NCBI GenBank assembly: GCA_007376135.1
Contig: VMFR01000002.1
Span: 156,870-220,869, forward strand
Direction: 5' to 3'
DNA from: Parcubacteria group bacterium Gr01-1014_31
GTDB lineage: Bacteria > Patescibacteriota > Patescibacteriia > Buchananbacterales > GWA2-38-13
DNA length: 64,000 nt
Shown: piece by piece, positions 56,000 to 64,000 of the stretch
Layout: each line of letters opens with the position of its first letter
How positions within the stretch are numbered: position 1 is the first letter of the stretch
Notes under the pieces: generated by a model
Database searches by the model: none
Told to the model about the DNA's origin: nothing
What the model saw: the letters and a program-made list of their open reading frames with translations, nothing else
Position numbers and translations under genes: made by a program

Positions 56000-57853
56000 A
56001 TGCGTGGCTTGATGAAAAATTTTCTTATCTTCTTGGCGGTCTTCCTGGTCATCACCGGGCTGTTCTCCATGTACGCCGCGCCGGCCGACAGTCCGCGCCG
56101 GACCGACGTCAGCACGCTGGTGGCCCAGCTCAACGACGGGCAGGTCAAAGCAGTGACGGTGCGCGGTTCCGACCTGGAAGTGGTGCTTAAGGACGGTACC
56201 CGGGAGACCGTGCGCAAGGAGATCACCGAATCGTTCAGCGAGGTGCTACGCAACTACCAGGTGGCGCCGGAAAAATTGGCGGGCGTCACGGTGGATGTAC
56301 GCGACCAAGAGGGGGCCGGGTTCTGGCTGGCGACGCTGCTGCCGTTCCTGGTGCCGTTCCTGCTCATCGCGACGTTCCTCTACTTTATGATGCGGCAGGT
56401 GCAGGGCGCAAATTCGCGGGCGATGATGTTTGGGCAGAGCCGCGCGCGCCAGATCGCACCGCAGAGCATGCGCGACCGCGCCACGTTCAAGGACGTGGCT
56501 GGCGTGCGAGAGGCCAAGGAGGAGCTGCAGGAGGTGGTGGAATTCCTGCGGCAGCCCAAAAAATTCCAAAGCCTGGGCGCGCGTATTCCGAAAGGCGTGC
56601 TGCTGATCGGGCCGCCGGGGACTGGCAAGACCTTGCTGGCGCGGGCGGTCGCTGGCGAGGCCAATGTCCCCTTCTTCAACATCTCCGGTTCCGAATTCGT
56701 GGAAATGTTCGTCGGCGTCGGGGCTTCGCGCGTGCGCGACTTGTTCCGCAAGGCCAAGCGCGCTGTTCCCTGCATTGTGTTCATCGATGAGCTGGATGCC
56801 GTCGGCCGGCAGCGCGGGGCGGGACTCGGCGGTTCCAACGACGAACGCGAGCAGACCCTCAACCAGATCCTGGTGGAGATGGACGGCTTTGACGCCACCA
56901 CTAATATCATCATCCTGGCGGCGACCAACCGGCCGGACGTGCTGGATGCGGCGCTGCTGCGCCCCGGCCGTTTTGACCGGCGCGTCACCCTGGATATGCC
57001 CGACATCAACGACCGCGAAGAGATCATGAAGGTCCATGCCAAGAACAAGCCGATGGCCAAGAGCGTGAAACTGCGCGATGTGGCCGTGCGCACGCCGGGA
57101 TTCACCGGTGCGGACCTCGCTAATCTCCTGAACGAAGCGGCCATCCTCGCGGCGCGTCGCAATAAGAAGGTCATCGATCAGGCGGAGATCCTGGAGGGTA
57201 TCGAACGCGTGCTCCTGGGGCCGGAACGCCGGTCGCACTTGATGGACGAGCATGAGAAAAAGATCACCGCGTACCACGAAGCGGGCCACGGACTGGTCGC
57301 CCACGAGATGCCGAAAGCCGACCCGGTGCGCAAGATATCCATCGTTTCGCGCGGCCGCGCGGCCGGGTACACGCTGAAGCTGCCCGAAAAGGATAAGTAC
57401 ATGAAGTCACGCGCGGAATACACGGCGGAACTGGCGGTCTTGCTGGCCGGTTTTGAAGCGGAGGCGGCCGTGTTTGGCGAGGTGACCACTGGCGCATCCA
57501 ACGATCTGCGCGAGGCCACCCGGATGGCGCGGCGCCTGATCATGGAATTTGGGATGAGCGACAAAATGGGGCCGCGCACGTTCGGCGAGCGCGAGGAGAT
57601 GATCTTTTTGGGCCGCGAGATCCATGAGCAGCGCGACTTCAGTGAGAAGGTAGCCGAGATGATCGACAGCGAGATTTCCCGCTTCATCGCCGAGGCGCGG
57701 AAATCCGCCCACGACATCATTACCCGCAAGCGCGACAAGCTGGAGGATATCGTGCGGGTGTTGCTGGTCAAAGAAACCATCGAACGCGAAGAGTTCGAGG
57801 CGCTGTTCAAAACGCCCGTACCGCCGGCTCCTCCCAAGCCGTCTGCCGCCTAG
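56000..57853 (+). CDS. ftsH: ATP-dependent zinc metalloprotease FtsH
   Basis: Two N-terminal TM helices, AAA Walker A/B ([16 protein letters not shown]), SRH, and HEAGH zinc motif. Confidence 0.95.
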   Translation: MRGLMKNFLIFLAVFLVITGLFSMYAAPADSPRRTDVSTLVAQLNDGQVKAVTVRGSDLEVVLKDGTRETVRKEITESFSEVLRNYQVAPEKLAGVTVDVRDQEGAGFWLATLLPFLVPFLLIATFLYFMMRQVQGANSRAMMFGQSRARQIAPQSMRDRATFKDVAGVREAKEELQEVVEFLRQPKKFQSLGARIPKGVLLIGPPGTGKTLLARAVAGEANVPFFNISGSEFVEMFVGVGASRVRDLFRKAKRAVPCIVFIDELDAVGRQRGAGLGGSNDEREQTLNQILVEMDGFDATTNIIILAATNRPDVLDAALLRPGRFDRRVTLDMPDINDREEIMKVHAKNKPMAKSVKLRDVAVRTPGFTGADLANLLNEAAILAARRNKKVIDQAEILEGIERVLLGPERRSHLMDEHEKKITAYHEAGHGLVAHEMPKADPVRKISIVSRGRAAGYTLKLPEKDKYMKSRAEYTAELAVLLAGFEAEAAVFGEVTTGASNDLREATRMARRLIMEFGMSDKMGPRTFGEREEMIFLGREIHEQRDFSEKVAEMIDSEISRFIAEARKSAHDIITRKRDKLEDIVRVLLVKETIEREEFEALFKTPVPPAPPKPSAA

Positions 57854-57895
57854 TCAGCCGCATCCACCGCCCCGCCGGCAAGGTGGGGCGTTTTT

Positions 57896-58873
57896 TTGCC
57901 CTTGGGAAGCGGCCAAAACTCGTGGTACAATGCAAGAACTATGCAAGGAATTGCCTATCTTCCCCGCGCGTTGCGTCTGATGTGGCGCGAGCGGCGGCTG
58001 TGGCCGGCGGCGTTGGTCGTGACCTGGTCGGGCAGTTTGGCCGAGGTTGAATTATTGCGCCAGAGCGTGAACTTCGGCGAGCCGGGGTTGCCGACGCGGT
58101 TGGTGCAGGCGGTGTTGGGCTCCGGCCTGTTGAGCGGACGCGGGATGCAGGGTTTTCTGGATGAGCTGCGGAGCGATCCTCTCGCGGTCGGCAAAGTCGC
58201 GTTGGTGTGGGGGGTTGTGCTTTCAGTGCTCGCGGTGTTGACGTGGATCTCCATCGTCGGCCAGGGCGCCCTGGTCCACGGCGCCGCGTTCGCGGCGGCC
58301 AACCGTCCAATACCGCTGGCGACCGGGTGGGTGGAAGGGCGGCGGAGGTTTTGGACGGTGCTCGGGTTGAACGTGGTGGCGAAAGCCGTGGTGGCGGGGG
58401 CGGTGGTGGCGCTCATCCCGATTTCCTCCGGGCCGTTGGCGGTGTTTGCCGGCGCGTTCGTTATCGCGGCGGTGCTGGTGTTCGCGGTACTGGCGTGGTT
58501 GAAGCTCGCGGTTGCCGCGGCCGTGCTGGAACATCGGTCGCTGCGGCGCGCCGCACAGCGCGGATTTCATATCTTGATCGCCGAATGGCACGACGCCATT
58601 GCACTGGTGGCGTCCCTGGGGGTGCTGACGTTCGCGCTCTTCACGCTGCTGATGATCGTCGTCGTGCTGGCGCTGATGCCGTTCCTGCTGGTGCTGGGCG
58701 CGGCGCAATTACTGCAGTTCACGGCCGGCGCGCGGGTCTACGTCATTCTCTCGTGGCTGGTCATGGCGGCGATCGCCGCGTTCGGTTTGCTGCTGATCGG
58801 GGGCGTGCACTGGGTGTGCTGGACCACGCTCTACGCCAAGGCGGCCGCCGGCCGGCGCGAATCCGGCCGTTAG
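57896..58873 (+). CDS. Hypothetical polytopic membrane protein (Gly/Ala/Val-rich)
   Basis: Six or more hydrophobic helices. Alternative start at 57941. Confidence 0.45.
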   Translation: MPLGSGQNSWYNARTMQGIAYLPRALRLMWRERRLWPAALVVTWSGSLAEVELLRQSVNFGEPGLPTRLVQAVLGSGLLSGRGMQGFLDELRSDPLAVGKVALVWGVVLSVLAVLTWISIVGQGALVHGAAFAAANRPIPLATGWVEGRRRFWTVLGLNVVAKAVVAGAVVALIPISSGPLAVFAGAFVIAAVLVFAVLAWLKLAVAAAVLEHRSLRRAAQRGFHILIAEWHDAIALVASLGVLTFALFTLLMIVVVLALMPFLLVLGAAQLLQFTAGARVYVILSWLVMAAIAAFGLLLIGGVHWVCWTTLYAKAAAGRRESGR

Positions 58874-58889
58874 TCCAACATCCACTGCC

Positions 58890-60620
58890 ATGCCCGATCT
58901 CTCCCGCCCCGCTGACGTCATGGCGCGCCGCAAGCTGCCGGCGATAGCGACTGCTGCCGTGAGCGAACAGTTCACGGAAAAGATGGAGGAGATTGGCATC
59001 CGCGAGCGGGAACGCGAGGCGCAGGGAAAAGCGGGGCTGATGGGCGTGCCCTACATCAATCTGGTCGGGTTCGCCATTTCCCCGGACGCCCTGCAGCTGC
59101 TGCCCGAAGAAGAGGCCAAGGTGATCGGCGCCATTCCGTTCCTCTACCATGAGGGCGATATCCGTTTGGCGGCGTTGGATCCGACGGAGCAGGACGTGTA
59201 CCGGCTGGCGGAGCGGTTGACCAAAGATCATCACGCTCGCGTGGGCGTGTACCTTGTTTCCCAGCACAGCCTGGATACCGCCTGCAAACTCTACGCCGCG
59301 CTGCCGAAATTCCGTTCCATCGTCTCGGGCGTGGAGATCACCGAGGAGGAGTTCAAGAAGTACCAGTCGGAGATCAAAAGTTTTCGCGACCTGAACAAAA
59401 AGATCGAGGAGGTGTCGCTGACCGACCTGGTGACGCTCATTATCTCCGCTGCCATCGCGTCGCGGGTGTCCGACATCCACATCGAGGCCGAAGAGCGCGC
59501 CATCAAGGTGCGCTTTCGCGTAGATGGCATCCTGCACGATGTGGCGTCCATCGACCCGAAGAACTGGACCCGTATCATTGCCCGCATCAAACTGCTGTCC
59601 CACCTCAAGATCAACGTCACCGGCAAGCCCCAGGACGGGCGCTTCACCATTTTTTTGACCAAAGAGAAGATCGATGTCCGCGTGTCGGCGCTGCCGACCA
59701 CCTACGGCGAAAGCGTGGTGATGCGTTTGCTGCAGAGTTCGGCCGTCGCCCTGACGTTTGAGAGCCTCGGGCTGCGCGGCCGCGCCTTTGAAGACCTGCT
59801 GCAGGAGATCGACAAGCCCAATGGCATGATCATCACTACCGGGCCGACGGGATCAGGGAAAACGACGACCTTGTACGCCGTGCTAACCAGGCTCAACACG
59901 CCGGACACCAAGATCATCACCATTGAGGACCCGGTCGAATACCGGCTTTCGGGCATTACCCAGAGCCAGGTGGATGCCGGCCGCGGCTACACGTTTGCCT
60001 CCGGCCTGCGCTCCATCCTGCGTCAGGACCCCGACATCGTCATGGTTGGCGAAATTCGCGATCTGGAGACGGCCGATATCGCCATCAACGCGGCGCTGAC
60101 CGGCCACCTGGTGTTCTCCACTCTCCACACCAATGATGCCTCCGGCACCGTGCCGCGGTTTTTGGCGATGAACGTCAAGCCGTTCCTGCTGGCGCCCGCG
60201 CTCAATGCGATGGTCGGCCAGCGCCTGGTGCGGCAATTGTGCGACCACTGCAAGAAGCCCGAAAAGACCGACCCGAAACTGCACGAGCGCGTGGCCGCTA
60301 TCCTGCAAAAAATTCCTGAAACCTCGGGGGTGAAGGTGGACACGGGTAAAATGAGTTTTTACAAAGCGCCGGGCTGCGACGAGTGCCAGGGGCTGGGGTA
60401 CCATGGCCGCATTGGTATTTTTGAGATCATGCGCATGAACAAGGAGATCGAGGATCTCATCCTATCCGGCCACGTGTCCGAGTACGACATGCTGCGGGTC
60501 GCCGTCAAGCACGGGATGCTGACGATGCTACAGGACGGACTCTTGAAAGCGGTGGATGGGATGACCAGTTTGGACGAGGTCTTCCGCGTTGCCAAGGACA
60601 CGAGCGCGAGTTACGAATAG
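58890..60620 (+). CDS. pilB: Type II secretion / type IV pilus assembly ATPase (GspE/PilB family)
   Basis: Walker A GPTGSGKTTTLYA, Asp/His boxes and a CxxC...CxxC tetracysteine motif. Confidence 0.85.
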   Translation: MPDLSRPADVMARRKLPAIATAAVSEQFTEKMEEIGIREREREAQGKAGLMGVPYINLVGFAISPDALQLLPEEEAKVIGAIPFLYHEGDIRLAALDPTEQDVYRLAERLTKDHHARVGVYLVSQHSLDTACKLYAALPKFRSIVSGVEITEEEFKKYQSEIKSFRDLNKKIEEVSLTDLVTLIISAAIASRVSDIHIEAEERAIKVRFRVDGILHDVASIDPKNWTRIIARIKLLSHLKINVTGKPQDGRFTIFLTKEKIDVRVSALPTTYGESVVMRLLQSSAVALTFESLGLRGRAFEDLLQEIDKPNGMIITTGPTGSGKTTTLYAVLTRLNTPDTKIITIEDPVEYRLSGITQSQVDAGRGYTFASGLRSILRQDPDIVMVGEIRDLETADIAINAALTGHLVFSTLHTNDASGTVPRFLAMNVKPFLLAPALNAMVGQRLVRQLCDHCKKPEKTDPKLHERVAAILQKIPETSGVKVDTGKMSFYKAPGCDECQGLGYHGRIGIFEIMRMNKEIEDLILSGHVSEYDMLRVAVKHGMLTMLQDGLLKAVDGMTSLDEVFRVAKDTSASYE

Positions 60621-60841
60621 CAGAAAGTCATCACCGCCGTCGGCGGGATCCCGCGGCGGGAAAAGTCAAAAGTAAGGAAACGCGCCGCGGGCGCGTTTTT
60701 TTATAAAAAAGCCCCGGACACAGAGATCGCGTCCGGGGCTCCAAGGAGGACCATGCAGGTCCAATGGAAAGGGCGGGCCACCACAGGAGGAATAGAAAGG
60801 GATGGCAACTGATGATAATACTAGCGTCAGGACCGGCGCTG

Positions 60842-61294
60842 TCAACGCCGATGCAGCGTGAGGTGGCGGACGTTCAGGGTTTTGCCGAGCCGTAAGGTAA
60901 GGTCGTAGCGCCGGGCCGGAAGCAGGGGTTTGACCCGCTCGGCCCATTCTATCGCCACCACGGTGTCGGGCTTCCCAAAAAATTCATTGAGGCCGATATC
61001 TGTCAATTCCGACGGATGCTGCACGCGGTAGGCGTCCACATGGACAAACCGGCGGATTTTTTTCCCGCGATCTTTTATGCGATAGACGCGCATGAGGAGG
61101 AACGTCGGGCTGCTGATGTGGTGCCGCACGCCCAAGCCCTCGGCAAGCCCGCGCACCAGTACGGTCTTCCCCGCCCCCAGTTCGCCGTTGATGGCGAACA
61201 CCTCGCCCCCGTGTAGGCGTTTGGCGAGCAATTTGCCTAGGGTGTGTGTTTCCCGTGCCGAGGCAGTGGCAATAGTGGCAGATGCGCGAGGCAT
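60842..61294 (-). CDS. tsaE: tRNA threonylcarbamoyladenosine biosynthesis protein TsaE
   Basis: P-loop GELGAGKT and the ~150-aa YjeE fold. Confidence 0.8.
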   Translation of the reverse strand: MPRASATIATASARETHTLGKLLAKRLHGGEVFAINGELGAGKTVLVRGLAEGLGVRHHISSPTFLLMRVYRIKDRGKKIRRFVHVDAYRVQHPSELTDIGLNEFFGKPDTVVAIEWAERVKPLLPARRYDLTLRLGKTLNVRHLTLHRR

Positions 61295-61327
61295 AATTTA
61301 AATTCCTCCCCTTGGGGCAAGAGGGGG

Positions 61328-62371
61328 TTATTGGGTAATCGGTAAGTTGGCGTTCACTTTGATTTTCCGCCAATCTTTCGGTTTTCCGAAGTACCCGGCT
61401 GTGGCGATCATGGCGGCGTTGTCGGTGCAGTAAGAAAAGTCCGGCACGCGGAAATCAAGTTTATGGTCGCTGACCGCGTTCCCGAGTCGTTCGCGCAAGC
61501 GACGGTTGGCCGCGACGCCGCCGGCGAGCACGACAGTTTTGGCGCGGTACTTCGCGGCGGCCACGATGGTTTTTGGCACCAGCGAGTCAACGATTGCCGC
61601 CTGGATGGACGCGCACAGGTCGCGTTTCTCCTGCAAAGAGATGCGGCGATTTTTCACATGGTAAAGGACCGCCGTCTTGAGGCCCGAGAAACTGAAATTT
61701 AGGTCGCCGCTCCGAAGCATGGGCCGCGGGAATGCCACGGCCAGGGGGTCTCCCTGCTCGGCGAGCTTGGCCACCTGCGGGCCACCCGGGTACGGGAGGT
61801 CGAGGATCTTTGCGGTCTTATCGAACGCCTCGCCGGCAGCGTCGTCCAGGGTTTGCCCCAAGAGCTTGAAGCTGCGCGCATTTTTCATCAGCACCAGTTC
61901 GGTGTGCCCGCCGGAAACCACCAAGGCAACCATGGGAAATTTTATCTTTCCTAACTTTTGCCTTTTGCCTTTTGCCTTTTGAATTTCCGTTGGTAGCCAC
62001 GCCGCATACACGTGCGCCCGCAGGTGGTTGACGGGGACCAGCGGCGTTTTCCAAGCGAGGGCAAACGCCTTGGCCGTCTGCACGCCGACCAGGAGCGACG
62101 TGATGAGCCCGGGTCCGGCCGTCACGGCGATGCGGTCCAGCGCGTTCGGTTTGACCAAGGCTTGCCGCAGCGCGCGGTCCACGACGGGGATGATTTTGCC
62201 GACGTGGTTCCTGGCCGCGATTTCCGGCACTACGCCGCCGTAGCGGGCGTGGATTGTGGCTTGCGACGCGACCACGCTGGAGCGGACGGAAAAACCAGCA
62301 GCGGTCTTCTCAACCACCGCTGCCGCCGTTTCATCGCAGCTGGATTCAATGCCGAGGATGAGCATGGGCAA
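61328..62371 (-). CDS. tsaD: tRNA N6-adenosine threonylcarbamoyltransferase TsaD, with a short in-frame Lys-rich insertion
   Basis: MLILGIESSCDETAAAV, SGGHTEL and GxxxDN motifs. The insertion KAKGKRQKLGKIK is encoded by the tandem repeat (aaaaggc)x3. Confidence 0.9.
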   Translation of the reverse strand: MPMLILGIESSCDETAAAVVEKTAAGFSVRSSVVASQATIHARYGGVVPEIAARNHVGKIIPVVDRALRQALVKPNALDRIAVTAGPGLITSLLVGVQTAKAFALAWKTPLVPVNHLRAHVYAAWLPTEIQKAKGKRQKLGKIKFPMVALVVSGGHTELVLMKNARSFKLLGQTLDDAAGEAFDKTAKILDLPYPGGPQVAKLAEQGDPLAVAFPRPMLRSGDLNFSFSGLKTAVLYHVKNRRISLQEKRDLCASIQAAIVDSLVPKTIVAAAKYRAKTVVLAGGVAANRRLRERLGNAVSDHKLDFRVPDFSYCTDNAAMIATAGYFGKPKDWRKIKVNANLPITQ

Positions 62372-62587
62372 TGAAGTTTAAAACAAACCTACCCTTGTTA
62401 CCCATCCTCGCAGGGGGAGGTGGTACGATGAGCGCTTGACTTATAGACCAAAATGTACTATACATCTTGAACTTGGCAAATGCAATCGTGGTGGTTACGT
62501 TTTATAAGCCTAGCCCGAAAAAAATTCCTAGAGCAGTTCATCTTTAGGAATTTTGGTCCTTCACAATTCGTAAGGAGCGTGAGGTCA

Positions 62588-64000
62588 ATGCCCGATGTTG
62601 CCGTTCGTATGCCCGATTCCAAGTGGGGTTTTACCCCACCGGCCTCCCCGGAAGAGGCCGAGGAGAGACGCGAGAAAGCGATCCGCATCCGCAAGGATAT
62701 TGAGGATAAATTGGAGGTGGTCAAGCGACACTCTGGCAACCAGCTGAAGCTCAGCAAGGCGACCAAGGAGAAGTGCGAGGAGCTCAATGCGGAGCGCATG
62801 GGCATTCGAGAAGCACTCACAAAAACGAGGTCACTTGGGTCCTACCTGTCGCTCTGGATCGAACGCATCAAGCGTGGGCAAGACTGGGAAGTCGGGGTGC
62901 CGCCAGATGTCGATCGCCTACTGCCGGCGAGCAGCCGGTGGCAGAAACCGCGGTCATTGGCGGAGGCCGAAGATCGGCTCTTTGTCCTCCATGAGGACGT
63001 CGGCATCATTGATCTCGATCTCGGTGACCGGTACCGTCGAGATCCCGCTACCGGTGAGACACTCGATGAGCACGTCTATGCGCTCTGGGCCTACCACGCA
63101 CGCCACGCCAAAACGGCGAAGGCCAGCGAAGTGCGTTACCTCAATCAGTGGCGGTATTGGTGCGATGGGCTGCGCTCCGGTGAGTACATCCGTTACTTAG
63201 CGGCGGTGACGACGGAAGAGGATCAACTGCTTCCGGCGTACCGAAACATACACCGGCCCCAGACATATCGGGAAGCCCAGGCAGCCCACCGGGAAGCGGA
63301 GGATGCCTGCGCCACCATCACCCTGCAACTCTCCTGTCCGGATCGGACCGATCCGGACACCGGCGAACGCTTGGCCGAGGATCGCTACTTCCTGTGGCGC
63401 GTAAAAGCGGCTGGAGCGCTGGCGCAGCGCCAGGCCGAGCGGGTGTTTTTGGGTGAGTGGATGGACCGTTTCTGCTGCCTGCGGGACGGCGGGTTCTGGT
63501 TGGAACCGTTTGCACCGGAACCGCAGGATTTCGCGTGGTACCCGGCCGAACGGCGGTGGTCATTTCCCGCAGGTCTCTTGGATGCTCTCAACCGTCTCCT
63601 CGAACTGCGCATCGCTCAGGCGATGATTCAAGTTGAACTTTCCGGAGGCTCGCGGTTTGACCCGGAGACCGGTGAGCTGCTCCCATTCCACGATTTCAAG
63701 GCTTGGGAGGAGAAAGCGAAAGTGGCCTTGGCGGGGAAAGACTGCGAGAACATCTTCCTGCAACGGTGGGTGGAGGTAGCCAAGGCTGGCCTCGCGCACC
63801 GGACCGCCGGCATCCCGATGGGCGATACGGCAGCAGTCATGGCGAAGATCACCCCCTTCGTTTCCGCCGAACTCATGCGGCAGACCGAAGAAGCATTTAC
63901 CGCCATCGATCGCACCTGGCAGGGATCCGGCATCCAGCCGGAGTCGCCCTTCGCCGCTGCTCAGGAACTCTACCGGCTCTCCCACTCCCAGAAGTCCGCC
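62588..64000 (+). CDS. Hypothetical repeat protein, 5' partial view (continues beyond window end); contains reiterated R.DP.TGE.L...(Y/F).LW modules
   Basis: Open frame from the ATG at 62588 to the window end (absent from the ORF track because no stop is reached). Three copies of a ~35-aa module: DRYRRDPATGETLDEHVYALW, DRTDPDTGERLAEDRYFLW and SRFDPETGELLPFHDFKAW. Confidence 0.5.
   Translation, partial: MPDVAVRMPDSKWGFTPPASPEEAEERREKAIRIRKDIEDKLEVVKRHSGNQLKLSKATKEKCEELNAERMGIREALTKTRSLGSYLSLWIERIKRGQDWEVGVPPDVDRLLPASSRWQKPRSLAEAEDRLFVLHEDVGIIDLDLGDRYRRDPATGETLDEHVYALWAYHARHAKTAKASEVRYLNQWRYWCDGLRSGEYIRYLAAVTTEEDQLLPAYRNIHRPQTYREAQAAHREAEDACATITLQLSCPDRTDPDTGERLAEDRYFLWRVKAAGALAQRQAERVFLGEWMDRFCCLRDGGFWLEPFAPEPQDFAWYPAERRWSFPAGLLDALNRLLELRIAQAMIQVELSGGSRFDPETGELLPFHDFKAWEEKAKVALAGKDCENIFLQRWVEVAKAGLAHRTAGIPMGDTAAVMAKITPFVSAELMRQTEEAFTAIDRTWQGSGIQPESPFAAAQELYRLSHSQKSA

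Overview
This is a high-GC (~65%) bacterial chromosomal segment, mostly housekeeping genes, with several unusual non-coding structures concentrated at tRNA loci.

Housekeeping genes identified from protein motifs: trmD, purA, infB, rbfA, nrnA, clpP, rny, ymdB, hup, pilT, rnc, nusB, rpmF, gyrA, rpsA, pgsA, ftsH, pilB/gspE, tsaE and tsaD. There is also a solitary 16S rRNA gene (no 23S/5S within about 50 kb downstream) and eight intact tRNA genes.

Accessory content:
- A nucleotide-heptose-like sugar cluster at the left end, running from an RpiB-nucleotidyltransferase fusion through a GT9 heptosyltransferase.
- A GldA/GldF/GldG-like ABC-2 export module with a DUF4340 protein.
- An ECF sigma/anti-sigma pair followed by HtrA.
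- A ~1.6-kb low-GC island encoding a collagen-like repeat protein.
- A 905-aa surface protein containing two type-IV-pilin-like head domains plus Ca-binding Asp repeats.
- A 56-aa Cys-rich protein.

The most unusual observation is at the tRNA-Ile, tRNA-Gly, tRNA-Cys and tRNA-Lys loci. Each intact tRNA is flanked or nested by partial copies of itself. The partial copies break at the same two cloverleaf positions: anticodon loop 35/36 and T-loop 55/56. They are associated with GC-hairpin inserts and a shared ~80-bp hairpin repeat (cccgcc / AT-rich core / ggcggg); at the Ile locus that AT-rich core region holds a complete tRNA. This looks like either a tRNA-targeting hairpin miniature element family that can carry tRNA cargo, or multiply interrupted/nested tRNA genes.

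A second, unrelated repeat family occurs three times in intergenic regions: a 15-16-bp perfect terminal inverted repeat, gccccgtaggacaacgg, enclosing a ~75-bp variable core.

The 16S has substitutions in the universal 341F/515F/806R primer sites. No CRISPR array, integrase or transposase gene is visible in the window.

All functional calls are motif-level inferences made by eye; no database search was run.
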